Origin: Dimorphilus gyrociliatus
Lineage: Eukaryota > Animalia > Annelida
Direction of reading: 5' to 3'
Assembly (NCBI GenBank): GCA_904063045.1
Contig: CAJFCJ010000019.1
Location: 3,478,684-3,542,683 of the forward strand
DNA: 64,000 bases
Below, in pieces: positions 59,167 to 64,000 of the stretch. Under the pieces are notes generated by a model, which made no database searches, had not been told where the DNA came from, and saw only the letters and a list, made by a program, of their open reading frames with translations. Made by a program: the position numbers and the translations under genes. Positions within the stretch are counted from its first letter, which is position 1, and every line of letters starts with the position of its first letter.

Positions 59167-59869
59167 ATGGAAACGCCTGCAGAACTTCGAGCTCCAAAAG
59201 GAAAAACTATTAGGTAATTAATAAACAATAGTTTTGTAGAGGAATGTCAACTCTTTAAGTAAAAATTTAAAATTAAAATGGAGATAAAGTTGAAGTAGTA
59301 TCTACGGTAAACATGGCCATTTTCTTTCATTTGATCACAGGAATCCTGTCAATTCAAGACTCCATCCTATAATTCCTCGCTTATACATTCCAGAATGGCA
59401 AAGAGACATGAAGAATCGAAACCTGCTTATAAAAGTACCTACTATTTCTTTTCAATTAATTAACTAGTCTTCATTTAATACAAATTCATCAAACTTCTAG
59501 AATGCCGAAGAAGGAGGAATTCCCCACTACGAACACGATGTCAATCTCTTCTTAGATAAGAGAGAGCAATTATCCTACAACGTAGAGGATAGAGATAGAG
59601 TTCACGCAAAGTATTCGCTACCGCCCCGCTCTCTTTTACTTCGTCCACCGTAAGAAGCAATTGTTTAATATTTCAAATCAATTATGTATACAAGTTGTGT
59701 TTCATTTTTACTCAATAGGTTTCATCATCATTCAAGTAAGTACCAAAGTACTTTGATGCAACGCCGGGATGATCCAAACGAGAGATACGGTCATCAATTC
59801 AGCAAGAATACGGAAGATTGCTATGAAACATACGATAAGGAGAAAACTGTCAAACTCTGCGCTATATAA
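59167..59869 (+). CDS. TEX43: TEX43/SPMIP10-like axonemal microtubule inner protein, 4 exons
   Basis: IIPRLYIPEWQRDMKNRNLLIK|NAEEGGIP...LFLDKREQLSYNVEDR...SKYQSTLM parallels the recalled TEX43 sequence IPRRYVMPWKENMIFRN...LFLNHSERL..GEDR...SRYQSTVI. Confidence 0.7.
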
Positions 59870-60223
59870 CAAGAAGTCTTTGTAAAATGAAAATATTAAG
59901 AAACGAGTATTACAGTAAACTCTATAAAAAATATTCACTACGTATCAGTTATCATCACGTTTTTGTGTATATTTTAACAATGCAACTGGCCCGTAAAAGT
60001 CTTAAGAATATGGATTGCATTTGTTGATAATACTTCTTTTTATATATATATATATACATACACAAAAAGAGTTTAATGCTTTAACTTTTTATCAAAATTC
60101 TCTGGCTGGCTATAAAAACATGATAAGAATGTTTTTAACCGCAAAAGGAAAACATTCTATTCTTAATATGACGCCATCTATAGGGCTCTCTTTCTTTTCT
60201 CTCTATTGAAGGCGCCGTACGTT

Positions 60224-60236
60224 GTATCCTAGCGAC
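60224..60236 (+). promoter_or_regulatory. X-box-like element upstream of RSPH9
   Basis: GTATCCTAGCGAC lies about 80 nt before the ATG of a motile-cilia gene. Confidence 0.5.
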
Positions 60237-60316
60237 CGTTGTCTAAACATATAGGCCTCTAGCTGACGACAATCTCGATTTTAAGAAGGGAAATAAAATA
60301 AACTTCAACTTTCGAG

Positions 60317-61220
60317 ATGAATTCGATTGATTTAAACGTGAATATTGACTATTTAGGCAGCACAGGAGCTATATTAAATCCTGAGCAAAAAGCAATAATA
60401 CAAACTTCCTTATGTCTACTGAAAAAGAATGAAAAGTTTGCTAAAGTTTATTTTTGGGGTAAGATCTTAGGTGTTAAACAGGATTACTTTATCGCTCAAG
60501 GTGTTGATGACAACGAATTTGGAGAAAGGAAGATGTTTTATTCAAGAGATTGCAGTCAGTGGAAGGCGTTACCTATCGTCACAGAGTCAATGAGAGCTCA
60601 AGCTAAACTCATTAAAGGTCGTTTTATTGGTAGCCCTTCTCACGAATTCGAGCACATTCAGATTAAGGACAGATCTGGTGAGGAAGAGGATCCGGAAGAA
60701 GAAACTATAGTGGTCAGAGAGGAGGATCGCCTAGCGGCTGTTATACACGAAATTGATCATGACGTTCGAATTGTGCCAAGAGCGGCTTATTTTATGAAAC
60801 CAATCACTGGAAAGGTTGAAGAGAATAATACCTTTGAAGGTTTAACGATTTCGGAAGCTGCAAAATTATGTAATTATACTCACTTCCGAGAGCCAAAGGA
60901 GAGTGTAATAAAGGAGATTTGTATGGAGAAGGCAGAAACAGACAAAAGTTTAGATTTTATGGATCCTATTGATGCCGATATACCTAAAGGTAAAGTATCG
61001 TAATAATCATATAGTAACTATTTTTCCAAATTTTAACTATTAACTTTTCAAACAAATAGGTTCGTGGAGTCTGAGGTTTGAAAGAGGATCTGGTCTAGTT
61101 CTAGTAAATAGCCTACTTTGGTTAGGCTATTATTTCTTTCACGTTCCACAATCAGACGTTTATGGATCGGTTTATTTCGGGACAGGAGAGAAGAACATTG
61201 ACCTTCCTTTCATGATTTGA
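60317..61220 (+). CDS. RSPH9: Radial spoke head protein 9, 2 exons
   Basis: VYFWGKILGVKQDYFIAQG, IKGRFIGSPSHEFE, EEDRLAAVIHEID, IVPRAA, TFEGL, HFREP, LDFMDPIDADIPKG|SWS...GTGEKNIDLPFMI. Confidence 0.96.
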
Positions 61221-61495
61221 AAAAAATAACGTATATTATTATTATAAATTTTCGAATTATGTAAAAATTTCTACTTTGCAAAAATCAAAATAAAATAAAA
61301 AAGATATAAAATACAATAGTTTTGTTTATGTCTAAAGAAAACGTGTTATGAATAAATACCAATGAATCAACGATTGGGTTTACTTCAATCAATTCAAAGA
61401 TAGGCCTTTAGTTTTATTTGCAGAGAACCCCCATTCTCCTATAGCAACGACAAAAGTGTTCTCAGCACAGAGAAGAAAGTGAAAGCAGAGCTAAT

Positions 61496-62038
61496 ATGCA
61501 GGGATACTGTCACTGGTCGAACAATCAACCAACAACAAGTAACCAGTGTTATGGTTCTTTCTACGAGGAGCCGATTCCGTCGGCTGATCCATCTAACTCA
61601 TCCTATGTTGCTAAGGAAATGATAGAAGATAATGCTGAAAGGAAGTCGAAAGTTATTGATAGCCATCGAAGACCTTTCAGTAATATAGCATTTTATCCTC
61701 CTATGTATTCTGGAACAGTCACATCTGGCGTCAGAGGAGTTTCAAACGCACTTGCTGAATCTAATAATCCTTGTAGGTCAATTTGCTCTCTTGGAAATCG
61801 AAAGAATAAGTTTGATATTAACAAGGGTTATGAATACGGTGCGAAATCTGTAAAAGAAAAGTTGGGTAAAGTACCGTCTACAAAACAAGGAGCTGGGTTT
61901 CGCGCGTCTTACCCACGGTACAGTAAACCTACAGCAGTGTCTTACTCTGGGGACGGCCTAGGCCAAAGAGATGCTTATACCTGGCATACAGTTGCTGGAT
62001 CTTTGGTGCATGTTAAACGGGAATATCTTAAAAGTTAA
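61496..62038 (+). CDS. Uncharacterised 180-aa single-exon protein, possibly ciliary
   Basis: Long ATG-initiated ORF in AT-rich DNA with coding-like composition. X-box half site ATAGCAAC at 61441-61448. No family recognised. Confidence 0.6.
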   Translation: MQGYCHWSNNQPTTSNQCYGSFYEEPIPSADPSNSSYVAKEMIEDNAERKSKVIDSHRRPFSNIAFYPPMYSGTVTSGVRGVSNALAESNNPCRSICSLGNRKNKFDINKGYEYGAKSVKEKLGKVPSTKQGAGFRASYPRYSKPTAVSYSGDGLGQRDAYTWHTVAGSLVHVKREYLKS

Positions 62039-62102
62039 AAGACTAATGCTTCCTGCTTATTAGCTGAATTTATTAGTGCGTTTTTTTTTCAACCTGCATA
62101 TA

Positions 62103-63963
62103 TTAAAATTCGATAACATTTGCTTCGATTCCTTCTGCCTTTAACATTTCTAGCATTTTGTCATAAATTTCTTTGGACATTGGCAGATGTAACCCAGATT
62201 TGAACGAATATTCGTTCTCTAGTAAAATTCTAGCTCCAATCGCCAAAGTGCCGCCAGTTGTTTTTGCCATGGCACTCATTTCCGGTTTACCGTTAAGTTT
62301 AAGTTCAATATTTACTGTTTTTTTAGAACCATCCTCTTTTAAACCAGTCAATTCAATTCTCATAAGCATTAAATCAAATTCGCCTTTACCTGAAAATCAG
62401 TTAAAGTTTCTTTTTTTCAATGTTATAATTATAGAAAGTTCCTTTTACCAAAAGAGCAATTTTTATTCAACTGCTCAGCTAATGCTGACAATAGAGTCCC
62501 ATTTTTTATTACATTACGTTCAGTATTCAATAAGCCTAACCTGAAATAAATCTTTATAAAAAAGTAAGAAATTTCTTTCAAAGGACATACTTTTCTAGAT
62601 TTTCGATTTGAATGTTAGAAAGTTGTAATTTATCAATCAAGCTTCTCTTCACTTGAGTCAAGTCTCCTTCACATGACAAAATTTTCGACCATATCTCTAT
62701 CTTTTAAATTTAATAACAAAAGTTATCGCGTAGAACATTATCATTATTACATATTTAAACGATTTATTACCCAACTGATAGGCGAGGTATCTCTATCCAA
62801 ATAATCAAGTTTTTCTGTAGATAACAATCCCAAATCATACAGACATTTTGCAACGTCCATATATCCCTTTTGATTAAATAAATATTCATTAATATTCGTT
62901 TTAAGCAATGAATTTGTGAAAATAAATAACTTACTTTGTAGCGTAGACTTCCTCTAAAACACGTATGGGCTTCTTCAATGTCATATAATTTGAGATATTT
63001 GATAGAATCATAGTTTGGATAACCTTCTAATGGATATTCTTGAAAAAATGGAAAACTTCTTTCTAAACCTTTAAATGTTCCACCTTTACCAAGGTTTACA
63101 ATCTTTCAAAAACGAAATTTTAAATATGAAATTGTTTACAAAAATACATTTCAATTTAATTTCAATTACCTCTCCATTTCGTTTAAACATTGGTTCTCTA
63201 ACGAGAGCTTGTAGAACTCCTTCCGGAGACCAACTTATTTTATACTTTAATGGATTGTCAGCAAATTCAAGAGCGGGGAGACCTCCAACCCACGCTATAT
63301 AGGACTCAATGCGATATCCATTTTTTCTTAATTTTTCTATGCCACTACAAGTTAAGGCATGATCTATTCCAGGACAAACACCAAGTTCCATGATAACAAC
63401 AATTCCCGCGTCAATTATTGCTTGTTCGTAAGATTTTATTACATCAGAACAATAGGATGGTAAGACTAAATTCTTACGGCTTTCCAGGCATAGTTCTAAT
63501 AATTTATGATTTAAATTTACCGGAACGCATCTACATTGAAAATGTTCTTAAGTAATAGATGTTAAATCAAAGCTAATTAATTTACCCAACAATCAAGTCA
63601 TTTGCTTTAAGCAAATCCATAGCTAATTCCCTTTGATCTAGACTCATAAGAACGCATTTAAAATTGCCATTCTGCAATTTGTTTTTGAGTGCGTCTAATT
63701 CACTTTGTAATGGAGAAGCTAAGTAGAAGAATAGAATATTCGCATTTGAGTATATGAAATAATCAAGGATAAATGATGTTATTTAATTCAAGTAGTAGAA
63801 ATAGCTACTTACCTACTGTTACTGTGAGTTTAGGGCATTTTAAGAAATAATCTATAATTGCAATTGACACTCGTCCTGCCCCTACAACTAAGATACTCTT
63901 ATTTTCGGTGATATTCCACATTTTGTAGAGTTCTAACTCATTGTGAAGCAATTTAAAAAGCAT
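62103..63963 (-). CDS. Saccharopine dehydrogenase/reductase-like protein (SDH domain of AASS, apparently stand-alone), multi-exon
   Basis: Rossmann motif SILVVGAGRVS, then ELGVCPGIDH, WVGGLPA..ADNPLKYKISWSPEG, LEGYPNYDS, FRGSLRYK and MAKTTGGTLAIGA. In-frame ATGs at 63963 and 63921 lie just before the Rossmann motif. Confidence 0.85.
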
Positions 63964-64000
63964 AAAGTAATACAGAGGGCGACACTGATTCGAAAGTACT

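Overview
This is AT-rich, very gene-dense animal nuclear DNA. I can reconstruct about 26 spliced or single-exon protein-coding genes, most introns are 40-100 nt, and I saw no transposon, tRNA, rRNA or CRISPR. Gene content (ovo, HYLS1, C1q, peritrophin-type domain, AEP transaminase) and compaction suggest a miniaturised invertebrate, probably spiralian, genome; the species cannot be confirmed from sequence alone. Most genes are housekeeping, ciliary or developmental: IPO4, DUF547, ELMOD3, MRPS18C, an SH2 adaptor, NBR1, NFYA, DNALI1, ABHD1/3, EFTUD2, TPRA1, ALG6, puckered/DUSP10, HYLS1, WARS1, ovo, SH3BGRL, TEX43 and RSPH9. The standout is an intact, intron-containing isocyanide synthase (Dit1/PvcA/IsnA family) gene at 4662-5894 embedded among animal genes; this enzyme family is characteristic of bacteria, fungi and oomycetes. 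Other notable items are two U12-type introns (one apparently GT-TG, in ALG6), a stand-alone saccharopine-dehydrogenase-like gene with altered active-site motifs, an AEP (phosphonate) transaminase with a predicted mitochondrial presequence, a pseudokinase, a secreted chitin-binding protein missed by the ORF track, and head-to-head start codons only 8 nt apart. All family assignments come from manual translation and recalled motifs; no database search was run.
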